Below are positions 26,424 to 39,700 of a stretch of 64,000 nucleotides of DNA, in pieces. Made by a program: the position numbers and the translations under genes. How positions within the stretch are numbered: position 1 is the stretch's first letter; every line of letters starts with the position of its first letter. Below the pieces are notes generated by a model, which searched no databases, had not been told where the DNA came from, and saw only the letters and a program-made list of their open reading frames with translations. The stretch spans positions 1,550,001 through 1,614,000 of the forward strand of contig CAJFCJ010000012.1 in the NCBI GenBank assembly GCA_904063045.1, written 5' to 3'. The DNA comes from Dimorphilus gyrociliatus (lineage: Eukaryota; Animalia; Annelida).

Positions 26424-26914
26424 CTTCAAATATAAATATCGAAGAACAAAATATTGCTCATAATTATTTATTTTCGTCATTATTCATTCTTTTATTATAA
26501 CATTAATTGACAGAAATAAACTATGCTTAAGTTTTACGACCAATTTAGTAATTCTTTCAATTTTTTTATTTATAAACGATCTAAATGTCAAACTGCATCA
26601 ACATACAGTACATTGTTTCTTTTCTGCTAACATGCATATCTGCTAACCTCGCCCATCTCGACTTTCTCCTAAAAATCGATAGATGGCGCCAACGAGTGAT
26701 CTTTTCAAAGCGTACAAAGAAAATTTCATTTCTGTTAATGTTTTAGACAGCTGATACTATAAATACTAAAAAGAAATCTATAAAAACATTCAATTTATCG
26801 ATTTAAAACGATTTTTACATAAAATTGACATCTTTTATCGAATATTGAATAATTCTCTTTTAAAAAAGCCATATTATTATTTAAATTGCTGCTTTGGTAG
26901 CTGCCTTACTGTGC

Positions 26915-26986
26915 GGGACAGTGGTCTAGTGGTATGATTCTCGCTTCGGGTGCGAGAGGTCCCGGGTTCGATTCCCGGCTGTCCCC
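26915..26986 (+). tRNA. tRNA-Pro-CGG: tRNA-Pro (anticodon CGG)
   Basis: Acceptor stem GGGACAG/CTGTCCC, D-arm TGGTCTAGTGGTATGA, anticodon arm CTCGC-TT CGG GT-GCGAG (anticodon 26947-26949), T-arm CCGGG-TTCGATT-CCCGG, C discriminator; 72 nt, no intron. Confidence 0.97.
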
Positions 26987-26991
26987 ATAAG

Positions 26992-26999
26992 TTTTTTTT
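26992..26999 (+). terminator. RNA polymerase III terminator (T8) of tRNA-Pro
   Basis: Run of 8 T beginning 6 nt after the tRNA 3' end. Confidence 0.85.
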
Positions 27000-27948
27000 C
27001 TGTTCTTTTTAGAAAAATTAAGGATTAGGAAATAGTGTTTTTTTCGCTTGACCTCTCTGTTTGTTTGTTGATAATGAAAGGGCGAAAGAGGAGGGAGAGA
27101 AATGAATAGAAATGAGACAATAGTGTAGAATTAAGAGTGTCCACACTTTTCCTCTCCTCTATCTCTCTGTCATTCTCTCGTTTTTTATTTTTATTTATTA
27201 TAAATATAAAACTTTTGGTTTTTACATTAAGATTTCTTTTTATTTTAATGGTTAAATATTTATTGTCTTCCAACAACAAACCTTGTCATCTATTTACCAA
27301 TAGGCCTAAATTTATTGTATAATAAAATTCCCAAGGGAAAGACTATAACAAAGTATAGAGCAATAATAAATTGTTTGTCTGTTTGTTTATTGTCTAGTTC
27401 AAACTATCATAAAATAAAGGAAAGAATTAATCAAAGAATAAAAGAAATATCATTAAAATAATTTCCGTCTATAGATGGCGTTAATAGTAATTTAAAAAAA
27501 AACGTTCGAATATTCGAAAATGGGATATTTGTCCTAAAATGGTACAGTGTATTTAAATGATAAGATATGAGTATAATTCTTCTTTTATTTTAAAGGTATT
27601 TTATAGAGTAACATTTATTAAGCGTAATTCTCTTAAATCGATATGTTTCTTGTTCATTAAAACAAAATTATTTAATGTTAAAGACGATATTTAGACTGCA
27701 GACAACTTGTCCTCTGCTTTCTAGAATACCGAGGCACAGATTGAAGAAAATCACCTCATTCCCAATGTTTAACCGGACCCATAGATTTTCAAAAACTAAG
27801 GAATCGATAAACCAATATAAAAAGATTATACAAGTATATACGAAAATACATGTATAATATAATGTAACCTATATTATACATATAATATGCATGTAATTAC
27901 ATAAATTTTATGGGACAAATATGTGGAAACAAAACAAAGAAAACAACG

Positions 27949-29816
27949 TCATTCGTACAAGTTTGCCAAGGCGGGAAAATTATAGAAATCCCTTGATTTT
28001 TTATAAGGTACATAATGGCTTGTACCCTGGGGTCTATGATAAGGGCTCTGATGCGTTGTACTTGACCAGTTTTGTGGATTAAAATCATTGTGGGGGAACA
28101 ACGGTGAAGGCGTAGATGCCGTTGAAGTTTGGCAAGGAATTTGAAGGTCGTGATGTAAACCGTTAACCGGTTGTTCTTCTTTTGGTGAAAAAACTCCAGC
28201 AGCCGATAGGACGGAACTCCTCTGAGCTACTACACTTCTTTCGTTCCTTCTAAATTTAGCTCTTCTATTTTGAAACCATACCTGAACTCTTGCCTCACTC
28301 AGGTCGACTCTCTTTGCTAACTCTTCCCTGACGAAAGCGTCCGGGTAGTGGGTCCTCTCAAAGACTCTCTCTAGAGCGGCCAATTGAGTACTATTAAACG
28401 TCGTACGATTCCTTCGGGATTTCTTTTTCGCCGCATCATCGTTAGCTCGTCGACAATCTGTTTGAAATAAAATAGTAGTTGAGGGAGAGGAGATTAAGAA
28501 GACAAAATAATTAAATGCAAGAGGAGGAGAGTAACCTACAACCACAATTACAATAGCAACCACAAAAATGAATTAAGAAAAGAAGGCATATCGAACTGCT
28601 TTATAAACCGGGTGATAAATGCTCACTATCGTTTCTCTTCTAACGTGAAGCATATGTTATGAGATGCGGTGAAAGGGAAGTATTACGCAGCTTCTATACT
28701 CCCATACTGTTCTAGGCTTACCAACATAAAATTTTATATTTTTAAGACAGGTAAAAATCTTAACGAAACTTGACAGTTGGTAAAGCGACTTTTTAAGTTG
28801 CCGAACCATGTCGGGGCGCGAGCCTGCTATTCGCAGCTGTTTTATGGTCTCGACGTTTGCCTTTTTCTTTTTTATCAGTTTGTCGAGGCTTTATCGCGAT
28901 GGCGAGATGCGAGAATTTCGCCTTTTTAATGTTAGTATCCGATTTCGGATCGACCGGAACAGATGCGTCAGAGAAAATGAGGGCGACGCACATAAGGCTA
29001 TAAAAAATGTAAGAGAATCCTTCGTTCAGATGTTCATTAGTTCACTACTTCTGTCTATCTCTTTTACGTATCTTTAAAAAATCTCTTTGGTTCTCTTTCT
29101 CTCATCGCTCTAGGTCTCCTTTCTTATCTCCTACGACTTTTTTTCTATCGGTTTCTTTTGAAGAACTCCACCAGACGTTGGACTCTGTTGTACTGGTAAT
29201 CTAGCCACATGCTCTCCATTTATTATAGCTGTTGACTGAAATGACTGTCCAAAGCACACCTTTTGGCCCTTATAATTTAGATTAGGAGAATATTTTCACA
29301 CTTTTTAATAGGTTATTCAATTAACGATAGTATATTAAATATGAATAATAAAATGCTTGAATATTTTCAAACAGAGAAAAAAGTGACGACTGCACCAACA
29401 CATTATCGAAATAATATTGTAAACTGTTGTCAAAAATCCAAACGAATACATGAATATGTATGATAAATTTCATCACCTTGGGAATTAAAGTACGAGATAC
29501 ATAGATACTTTACGAGCTATTAAGAAAGTCTAATGTGTAGAACGGAGGGAACAGGGGAGGAAAAGGAAGAAAAAAATAAAACACATGCAAAACACATTTT
29601 GCTAGGTACTCAGTCAAGCTTATAGTAAATGAGCCAGTTCTAATAAGAAACAGGTTTGCGAATGACGCATAGCGTTGATAAGTACCCGGCGTGTGCGCCA
29701 CGGTTTTTCCCGATGTTTGTACAGAATATATGATAATCACATACCTCTCTTATAAATGTTTACTTTTCTCACCTGTTTCATTTTAATTTCATTTTAATAT
29801 TACTCTATTCAGTTGC

Positions 29817-29857
<41 letters not shown>

Positions 29858-31838
29858 CTCCCTTTCTCTCTTCTGCCCCTCTTTACTTATATGTGAATAT
29901 TAAATGTGAATATTTAATTTTCTTTGTAAATTGAAAAATTCTTACAAAAAATGAAATTTAACCAGTAAACAAAATCTTTATTATTTATTTCCATAAATTT
30001 TCCATCCTCCTCCTCCTCCTCCCATCCTATCACTTTTGACTCCTCCCCATGCTTTTTCTACCTTTTAACATTTAAAGGTGTCGTTGATAAAAAGAAAGCT
30101 AATTATTTGTTTCATTATAATTATTATCCATTGAAATTAAGATTCATGATTGAAAATATGTTCGCTTTCTCGGAATTCTGATAGTAGTTTTTTTTTAAGT
30201 TTCTCATTGAAAAGTCTTATCACTTTTATTGGAGGAGAAGAATTTGGAAGAAAATGCTAAGAGAAGGAGATTGATAGGATAACTCTATTATTTTCGTAGT
30301 GGTTCTCACACTCGATACTATAGTCTTATGCCTTTGGAACATAAATTTATTGCCTTTGGAAGACTATACACAATAAGATAAAAAATAAGCCCGTTTACTA
30401 AAGAGGGAGCGTGTTTTCTTTTGTCCTTAAAAATCTATTAGAATCGCGATTATTCAACTCAAAATGGCTATGTGTTTGACTTTTGACGTTTGAAAATCAA
30501 TCATTATCAGTTTATACCGTTGAAAAGTCGACTTACATAAATATAAATTACGTTGGAAATACGATAGAAATAATAAAATCCTTCTATTTGTCTAACTTTT
30601 TCATGTATTTTCATCTTTAATTACTAAAAATAAATGAACTTAATCTAATAGTGTTCTATTTTCGTCTGTACTGACAGATATTTATTATCTATATCTCTTT
30701 CGATCTATCTATCTATCTCTCTCTTTCTCTCTCTCTCTCTTTCTTTCTATCCTACCATTTTTCAAGACTTTCCTTTTTTGTTCTATAAATAGGAAATCTG
30801 CGTTTTTTATTTACTTTTTTTGTTTAATTTCTTTTTATGCAAATTAAAATTTTTTTAATTGCCCTAATATTTTTCATTTTCTCTTCTCTTCTCTTCTCTC
30901 TCTCTCTATGGCCAGCCGCCAGACTGTCCGCCTAGTTTTGATAATAATGTATCCAATTTTCGCACCATAAGATGTTTTAAAGGTCATTCGCAGCCAACAA
31001 ATGGTCGGTATAACCGCTACAGTATTGCCTTTACAATTTCTTTAAAGCACTTAAATCAAGCAAAAATGTTTCCCCGCGTAAATTTATGCCTATGTATATA
31101 CACATTTACACACATGTGTATATATATAATTACATATATATTTAGATATGTAATTACTTTAAATAAACTTACAAAATATTCCTTTGCTTTTTCTTGACAT
31201 GTTTTATATAGATAAATATTCAAAATAGAGAAACTTTTAAAGTATATATAAATTTATATATAAATCTATATACTGTACAGTAATATACTGTATATAACTT
31301 TTGCAACCTTACGGAATATTACACTGTTAAATATATATTAACCCGCAACTTATTCTACCCGTATTCCAACTGCAATTTTCAATGGTATTTTTCTTTCTAA
31401 TAATAATTATAAATATTCTATTTTCCTGTAATTTTTCTCAACTTCCTCCATCGCTTCTCCTCCATCTTTTAACACAATTATTATTATTATTATTATTATT
31501 ATATATTTTAATATCTAAAGCTTTCTATAAAACTTTCATAAATCCATTTTATTTTGTATAGGACAAAGGAAAGTAAAAAATTATGGAAGACTAAATGTTT
31601 TTTAAGCGCGAAAACAAAAAAGAACAACAACAATATAAAAACAAATATACATAAATATGTAAATTTAATATTTCATCTTCATTTGAATAATTGAAATGTT
31701 ACTGATTACTTATAATTAGCATTTATAAAATATTTATAATTTACCTTTTGGACTATTAGAATCCATCAATGTAGTTTGTTGACTATGCTCCGCATTAAAA
31801 TGTTCGGTCATGTTTATTTGAGGAGTAGAATTTGCCAT
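27949..31838 (-). CDS. PRRX: Paired-class (Q50) homeobox protein, PRRX1/2-like, ~200 aa
   Basis: Homeodomain [60 protein letters not shown] matches the Prrx signature. Exon 28457-27949 has a phase-1 acceptor. Candidate first exon 31838-31745 (MANSTPQ...DSNSPK, phase-1 GT donor) gives 603 nt in frame. An intervening cassette near 29178-29234 is possible. Confidence 0.9.
29822..29853. repeat. (TC)n microsatellite in PRRX intron
   Basis: Direct reading, about 16 units. Confidence 0.95.
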
Positions 31839-31859
31839 ATTCGATAATCGACTAAGTGC

Positions 31860-32010
31860 GAGTTTGTTTACGCAAAGGCGCTAAACGATTCTTATTGGCT
31901 GAATGGTTAGCCCCGCCTACCGTTTTTTTTATCTTTGCCTTTTAAAATTGTATGGGAGAGAAAAGGTGGCAAAACGAGGGGGAGGAGGGCGGAAGGCGGG
32001 GGGGTTAGTT
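31860..32010 (-). promoter_or_regulatory. Putative PRRX proximal promoter (CCAAT box, GC boxes, G-rich tract)
   Basis: ATTGG at 31894-31898, CCCCGCC at ~31911 and GGGCGG/GGCGGGG at ~31987-32004, immediately upstream of the candidate start at 31838. Confidence 0.5.
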
Positions 32011-33114
32011 AGGTTAGAATCTATTATAAAATTTTTAATCGTTTGGCATCTAATATGGTTATTTCTTGATTAGGATAATAAAGAGATAATCTATTTATTA
32101 TTGCCATTTTTTTATTATTACTGTTAATAAACGCAAATCAACGAATTATTTGACTTATTTAAATTCATAAAAAGGCAAAAGAAAGCATAAAAACAAAATT
32201 ATTATCATTCTTATCTTAGTCTAATCTTTCTTAAATTTATGATACTTAATTTTCTAAATTTACTCATCCACCTTATCTTTTTACTCTTCATTTAATAACG
32301 TTTTTCATTCATAAAAAGTTTCCCTTTTCTTTTTACTTATATGTCATTAAAAATTAATTAAAATACGTTAAAAAGAACAAAAAACACCATAAAAACTTAT
32401 AGATAGAAAAATAGATAAAGAAGAAAGAGAGAGAGAGGGAGGGAGGGAAGGAAGGCGGAGAGATGGTAAGGAGAAAAGATGCAAATTCCAAATACGTAAA
32501 TATTAAGATAAGAATCTTTTTAACTTAATTTAAATAGTTGTATATAAAGTATTTCCTGCAGAGAGAAGAGTTTTTTCCAAGTTGTTATAACTATAAAATA
32601 ATTAACAGCTAACAAGGATATCATCAATAAAAAAGGAGAACTTAGATAAATTTATTTCATCTTTTACTTTTTAAAAAGATAAGCCAATGTTTTTGTTTGT
32701 TTGTTTTCACAGTTACATTTTTCCCGCCATTTTTATATTAGTTTTTGAGAAATTATCTATGTTACAGAAGAAATAAAAAAAGAAAAAAAAATAAGAAAAA
32801 GAGAAATCGGGGCATTTCAAAATTTCTGTTGATTGGATCTGATTTATTTGCCTCTCCTGAGAGCGGATATTAACAGAAGTCTTGATATAAGTGGAATGTG
32901 TATGCGTGTAGTGTCTATAAAGTATATTCTATAAAATTCATTATTCTATACCAGTTTTTTTACTATTTCCTTCTTAAGTGCAATATTTTACAGTAATTTA
33001 TTATTGATATTTATACTAATAATTTATGAATTTATAACAAATTAGTAGTTTAAATTGTCAAAAATACATTTTTTTCTTTTAATATAAACAATCTTTATCT
33101 ATATATCTATACAG

Positions 33115-33120
<6 letters not shown>

Positions 33121-33154
<34 letters not shown>
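33121..33154. repeat. (TA)n microsatellite
   Basis: Direct reading, about 17 units. Confidence 0.95.
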
Positions 33155-33157
<3 letters not shown>

Positions 33158-33650
33158 GTTTTAATTAAACAATTATAAATAGATTGTCTATTATAGTTAC
33201 ACTATTCAAATTTAGTTGCATAATGCACAATTATATATATATGAATCTGCATATAGCATTGTTATAGCGAAGTAAGCTAGAACGGCATAAAAGAGTTTAT
33301 ATACTTTTGGCCTACATCCATTGCCTATAACCAGTTATACTACGTGTTTTTTATTTCTTTTCTTCAACAATTCAATATATTTAAAGCATTGTCCTGTTCT
33401 CTAATCAATATTATACTATCGCTTTTATCGCTTTCTTATTTTCTATATTGAAAATTTTTTATTGTTAACAAGTCTAAGGAATTTACATTTTCATCTCTTC
33501 TTTCAAAATTTTCATTAATCAGATCATTACATATTATCTATTTTAACCTTCCCCTATATGATTTAGAATATAATCTTCTTAGAGTTCCCTGGGATGACCT
33601 AGTAGGCTTATAAGAAACAGATATTTTTTTCTTCTTTCTCCCACATATAC

Positions 33651-33653
<3 letters not shown>

Positions 33654-33688
<35 letters not shown>
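33654..33688. repeat. (TA)n microsatellite
   Basis: Direct reading. Confidence 0.95.
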
Positions 33689-33691
<3 letters not shown>

Positions 33692-34192
33692 TATAAATTT
33701 ATATGTATATACAGTATATATATATACTTTGTATTAAATTTGTCACTCTATTAAGTTGTTTTTTCCAATTTCTTCATGTCCCATCTCCTCCTGTTATCAA
33801 GAGATTTCAGAGATAAAATTTCGGGAGTTTAAGACCTATTATGTTTGCTTGTTTGCTTAGAAGAAAATTGTAAAAATATTATCTTTTCCTCCTTCTCCTC
33901 CTCATCCTCCGTCTTCTTCTTCATAGTGTAAACTTGTAGACAGGAGAGATAAATAGCTAGATAGATAGATAACTAGAAAAGAGGGTCGAGTGAGATTAGA
34001 GAAAGAAAGGAGAGAATAAAAGAAAAAGTGAGAATGAATGATACATTCTTTTTTCTCTTAAGTCGTAATTATAGCAAATATAAACAGATGTTAACAGGGA
34101 AAAAAAATAGTTCAGATGAAGGTGAAGATCAAAGTGAAGGAGAGAGGGAGAGAGAGAGAGGGAGAATAATAAGAATAGAAATGAAAAATACA

Positions 34193-35876
34193 CTATTGTT
34201 TGATATTCTGTAAAGAAATTTCCATACTATCAACATTCAAACGGCCGTACTTTTCTTTGAACACCATTAAAAATGGTAGACATATCACTATACTTGCAAG
34301 TTGAGTCCAACTCATCCATTTCGTACCAACTCCATTAATACTTAGAACTAGCAGGAATAACAATTGGCTGATGTAGTAACATTGAGTTAAAAGAACTGTA
34401 GTAATGCCTTCTGCTATTGGATGCGTTATTTCGCAGAGCGCCTCAAAGAATAGAGGAACTGCTCCATTAATAAAACTTGTTGTAAGCATCACTGAAACGT
34501 ATAAGGATGCTGTTTGAAAGTAAAAGAATGTTGTTCAGTATATACAGTAGATACAGAGAGTAAAACTTACGCATATTCATCGGTATCAACTCCTCTACAA
34601 TAAGAGTAAACCATAGTGACATTGCCGTCGCCAAAACATAAAGAATGACCAAAAACATTTTTAAGCGTTTTGTAAAACGATCCGCAAATCTGGAATGTAC
34701 AAATTCAGCAAACTGTATATAATGGAAATTGCGTAATTAATTAAGATATTTATGCTTACTTTCCAATAATAATACCAAAAATACTAGAGACAACTGTTCC
34801 CAAGAAGGCTATCCAACCAGCTTGGATTTGCGTTATACCCAAAGGTTTTAAATTAATTTCAAGAACAGAGCTCCATATATTAAATACACCTGATGAGATT
34901 GCGTAAGGTATCGCTAATATCCAGAAATAAGGTAATCTAAATAATTGAAATACGCCCTCTCTGAATGATTTTCGTTCAACAACGGCTGCTAAGCTCGGAG
35001 CCGATTTTGGTTTGGCCGGAAAGTAGACGAGGACAAGTATAAATATAACTCCAACCCAGATTGAACCTATTTTTTCAGTTGATAAATTCCATACTATGAA
35101 CAGCGTTGAAATTTACATATAAATAATGTATGACTTACTTATATAATTGAGTAACATGATACGATCTTTAATTGTTTTGATAAAGTCTGTTGAATTATTC
35201 GTTTGATTTAACGGAATTTCTGGTACTATAGACGGTCCAGTGATAAATGATATATCGAATACCGAGAAGTGAGAAGCTATTGCTGTTGCTATTCAGTTTT
35301 ATATATGTATAGAAGGAACAGTAATAGTAATGGTAGTAGCAGTATATATGAAAAAGGGGGAGAAAACATTCAAATACGTTATTTACGAGTATATACGCCT
35401 GATTTTGATTTACCTAAGATACGCTCCTCAACTGGAAACCACGTAATTGATAGCAAAGGGGGTGCCGCGAAGACGACAGGTAGAGCTAGGGAGATGAAAA
35501 CTTGCCCTACGTGATTTAACCAAGTAACATGTGGTTGTTCGCAAGTAATACATCTAAGAAGAGAACCAATTACACAAAAGAGAGAGGTCAATAGCACAGC
35601 CCATCTCAATCCTTTGTTATCCATTATCCAGGAGAAGAAGAACGAGGTAGCGACAAAAACTATAGGCCCATAGTTACTTAACGTAGCTATTGTAGCATTA
35701 GACCAATTAAATGCTCTTTCAGCCGAATTGGCTATAGGACCCCAAATATTCCATAGTGAACCAACGGCTAATGTCAAATTACAAAATATAAATAGTATAT
35801 ACCATCTTCTTTTGTAAATAACAGGCTTGTTCATCTGAATTAACGACTGTTCTTCTTTATTTTTGGTAAAACCCAT
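34193..35876 (-). CDS. SLC49A4: MFS transporter of the SLC49 (FLVCR/DIRC2) family, most like SLC49A4
   Basis: Exons 35876-35414, 35288-35139, ~35093/35066-34760, 34689-34571, 34509-34193. Family motifs VYKRRWYILFIF, WNIWGPI, GLRWAVLL, WFPVEERILATAI, YFPAKPKSAPS, PLFFEALCEITHPIAEG. Confidence 0.85.
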
Positions 35877-36738
35877 ATTTCTTATTGGAAAGAATCTGTT
35901 CTGTTTCTCTCTGAATTTTTTAGATATATTTTAGTAATATTTCATCACTTTTATCCTTAATTTGTAAACACTCTAAATCCGTTACATATAATAGAAATTT
36001 AAGTAAAAGAACCGAAAAGATATACTATACATTTGTTTAAAGTAAGGCCAGAATCAATATTGATAACTTTGTAGTTTTTGAAAAAAATATAATATTCAAA
36101 ACTAACCTTCCGACAATACAGTTGACAATTAACTATAACTATATTACTCTTTAATTAATTAATGTCTTATTTCTTATGTTCTCTATTACATAACTAATCA
36201 ATTACTTCTTTAGTATACGGCAAATATTCTCAAAAATTTACTTTCTCCTTAGATATCTCTTTCTTCCTCTATCTAGGTGCTCAGTCTACAGAAATTGGCC
36301 TTTCAAATGCTACCCAATTGAGAAGAACCCTTTTTCCCCTTCTTTATTTTCTCTTTTGTTAAATCTATTTAAATAGCATTACTCTCATTTTGTTTGGATT
36401 ACTTAGGTTTATATGCTAATATTTCTAATAAACAAGTTTACAAACATGTATATAAGTGTACTTAAAGAAAATAAAGTATTTTTGTGGTCACTGGATCATT
36501 GACCAATTTTCAAGATAACATCCTACTAAGATTACATAATCTGCACCCTTCTGATAAGGAAGTTATCAATCTTCTTATCTTCTTTTTGTGGCAGTTTCTC
36601 CCCTCTACCACATCCCTGTTCATCTCAGCATTTTCTTCGTGTTTGTCAAATTTTTAGGTGAAGAAATAAATAAATAATAAAAGAACATTTTATTTGTTTT
36701 TGTTATGTTTATTTTTTGGCTTTTATTAATAAAGTCTT

Positions 36739-39700
36739 CTATGTTTTTCTGTCTAGGATATTTAAAGGAAGTAAACAATTTTTAATTGTAGCCTTGAACT
36801 TTTCCTCCTCCAATTTTCTTAGTCCGAATAAACAAGGTTGACTTGTTAAAAAGTTATCAATTAAATTACAAATATGATATTTATTATCTAAAATCATCTT
36901 TGCCGAACCCTAAAATAGATTTAAATGGAATTATGTTATATAATTTTTAATAAATCCAAGTTCCAGAGGTGAAAGGAAATGAATGTACCTTTATTGTCTG
37001 CGCAGCAATATCTAGCGAGACATCTCTCGGTAGATCAACTAAAACTCCACCATCAGTTAGAGCTTGTAAAGCCGTAGCCGCCTAATTAATAAAATATGTG
37101 TATATAGACTGTAGACTGTATACTGCTTAAATCATTAATTTTCCCCTTACAATAACTAAACCATTCTGAGTTATAGAATATACTGCTTCCAGCTCTTCTT
37201 CCTTTATAATTTCTACTAGACCAATAGTTTTGAATAGTCTAGAAACAAAATCCAAATCTTCCAGAAGCACATCTCTACCAGCAACGCAAATAGCTATACC
37301 AGTTTTAACCAGTATTGTTAAATTAATAAGAATTTTAAGGATAATCCCTTGATTATCTAATATCTAGTAGGAAAAACAAATTAGATTATAATAAAGATTT
37401 GTCATGGGAGAATACATAATTATTTTTACATTTTCTATCTCATCTATACAAATATTGCATTGAATTGAATTCAGGATGATAAGTAACATCTTTCCTCTCA
37501 ATTTTCTACTTAATCTCTTAAGCACGCTTAAAACATCTTTTGAACTTTTAACAGATTGATATGTTATTAAAATGACGTCACTATTCTCGACTATATCATC
37601 GTAATTATCCGAGAAGGTATCATTACTCGAGTTGACGAAAGAATTCGTAACGTCAAAAGAATCTTTGATATATAGCACACAAAAAAATACGATTAAAGAC
37701 TCTTCCTTCCAATCAGATTAATTAGATTATTACCTTCGTTAAATATCGATATCAATATATTATTGATTGATTCATTTCCAATAAATCCAAGCTTGACTTT
37801 ATCCCAATTATTTTTATTCCTCCATGATTTATCATTGACTTTCGGTACGTTTTCATCTTGAATACTCTCAATTGTATTTGAACATTCCCAATCTTTTACT
37901 AGGTCAATTTGTCCAGGAGAAGGCGAGTTCAATATTCCAAAGGGTATTGATCGTCTCGAATCGTACTTTTCGACCTCCTCCTTCTTTATTGGAATTCCTG
38001 GTCCAATATGTGTTGACGACGCTAATATATCTATTTCTCTTCTACTTGCATTACCGTTTGTTACCATACTATCACTATAGCTAAGTGTGTGTGGTTCTGT
38101 TGAGGGGAGGAAGGATGTTAAAGTTGGTGTAGAGGTAGGATATTCGACTTTTCCCTTGTACGTACAAGTTCTCTTTCTCTTTTTCCTTAAGATATTTGTT
38201 TGACATTTAAATAAATCGGCAGAGGAAATTGATGAAAACTTATTTGGTCTTCCTTTCAGCTTAACTTCTTGCAAATCGAAGGAGATTGTTCTATAGGAAG
38301 ATGCGGATGATTTATCAATGTGTGTACTCTTAGGTGCTCTTTTTCCTTGACCTATTTGAGTGGACTTTGGAGATTGTTTCTCAAAAGTTGTTTCCATTTT
38401 CATCTTCGGCTTTGTCTTCTTTGTCATGGATTTTACTTTTTCACCACTAAATTTATTAAACGTCTGGTTCTTTTCTCCACTTTGTTTTATTGTTCTATTA
38501 TTTAAAGTAGATTCATCTCTAGATCCTGTACCTAATTCGCAAACAACAGACCCAGATACTCTTTTCGATTCACTAGAACTGATACAATCAATCTCGGAAT
38601 GTTGAACTTTTCCGGTAATTTTTATCTCTTTCTTCTTCTTCTTCATGGAAATCTTCGTCTTCGAAGTGCTCGAGGAGTTGTTTATTTTCCTTGGTTTATT
38701 GCGATTTAAAATAGATGTTATAGACTCTAGGCCTGAGCAGCTTGATACGTTACTCAATTTTTCTTTATTTAAATGATCAATTTTGAATTTAGGATACTTC
38801 GAACAAACAGGCCACCATTTTGAATCCTTTTTTAACCTATTAATATGTCTCTTACAGACGTTTTTATCATTGTTTTTGTCTTCTAGTTTTTTATCTATTA
38901 ATTTAATAGATTTGTATTTTTTCAGTTCTTTATTACACCAATTTATTAGTTCTTGATTAAGTTGAGATCTATCACTTAAAGTTTTAACTAAGTGTTTATC
39001 TACTGTCGATTTATTACCAGAATTGAGTAGTTTAATTTCTGACTTAACGTTCAACTTTTGCGGTTTTAACTCCCTGAAAAGAATACGTTGTTGGTAATTT
39101 ATCATTGAAAAACAAATAGTACGTTTACCTGTTTCCATTGATCTTATACTGTTGAACGATATCATCGGTCAGAATACAATTATATTCTCTTTTTAATGGC
39201 GTATTTGTATTCGTAGCATCTGGAATTGAGTACGATTTATTTACTATAGTATTATCCCTCTCTCTCTTTTCAGAGTTCTTTCCATTTAAAGAAGGATTTT
39301 CGAGCGATGGAGAAGCCTCTATTGAAAATCTTTCACTTTGTTCGCTATTCATACATAAAAGTAAAAAATCGACGTATTTTGCGTTCTTTTCCGTAAAGAT
39401 ATTATTTAATTCATTTTTCTCTGAATATTTTGCCAATTTATCATCTTTTTCGAATTCGTCTAACTTAAGTAATGAATCTATTGAATCGTTACGTTCTTGT
39501 TTAAGAGTATTGGTAAACAGTTCCCTATTCTCCTCCTTTATCAACTTTTGATGTAACAATTCTAAGGATGGATTTTCTTTATCACTTAAAATGGCACCCG
39601 AATTTATTTTGCAATATAGAAGATCACCTTGAGTTTTATCCCAATTTCCGTTATTATTCAATTTTAATGAATCTTTTAATAAATATTCATTTTCATATAT

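Noticed and set aside
37151-37800. GLYR1/NPAC or 3-hydroxyisobutyrate dehydrogenase call for the Rossmann-like region
   Set aside because: Downstream exons match the P5CR dimerisation domain, not the 6PGD-like C-terminal domain, and no PWWP domain is present.
39074-39165. Apparent frameshift between ORFs 39125-40330 and 37693-39165
   Set aside because: Resolved by a canonical 55-nt phase-2 GT-AG intron (39128-39074). The overlap at 34467-34492 is likewise a 61-nt intron.
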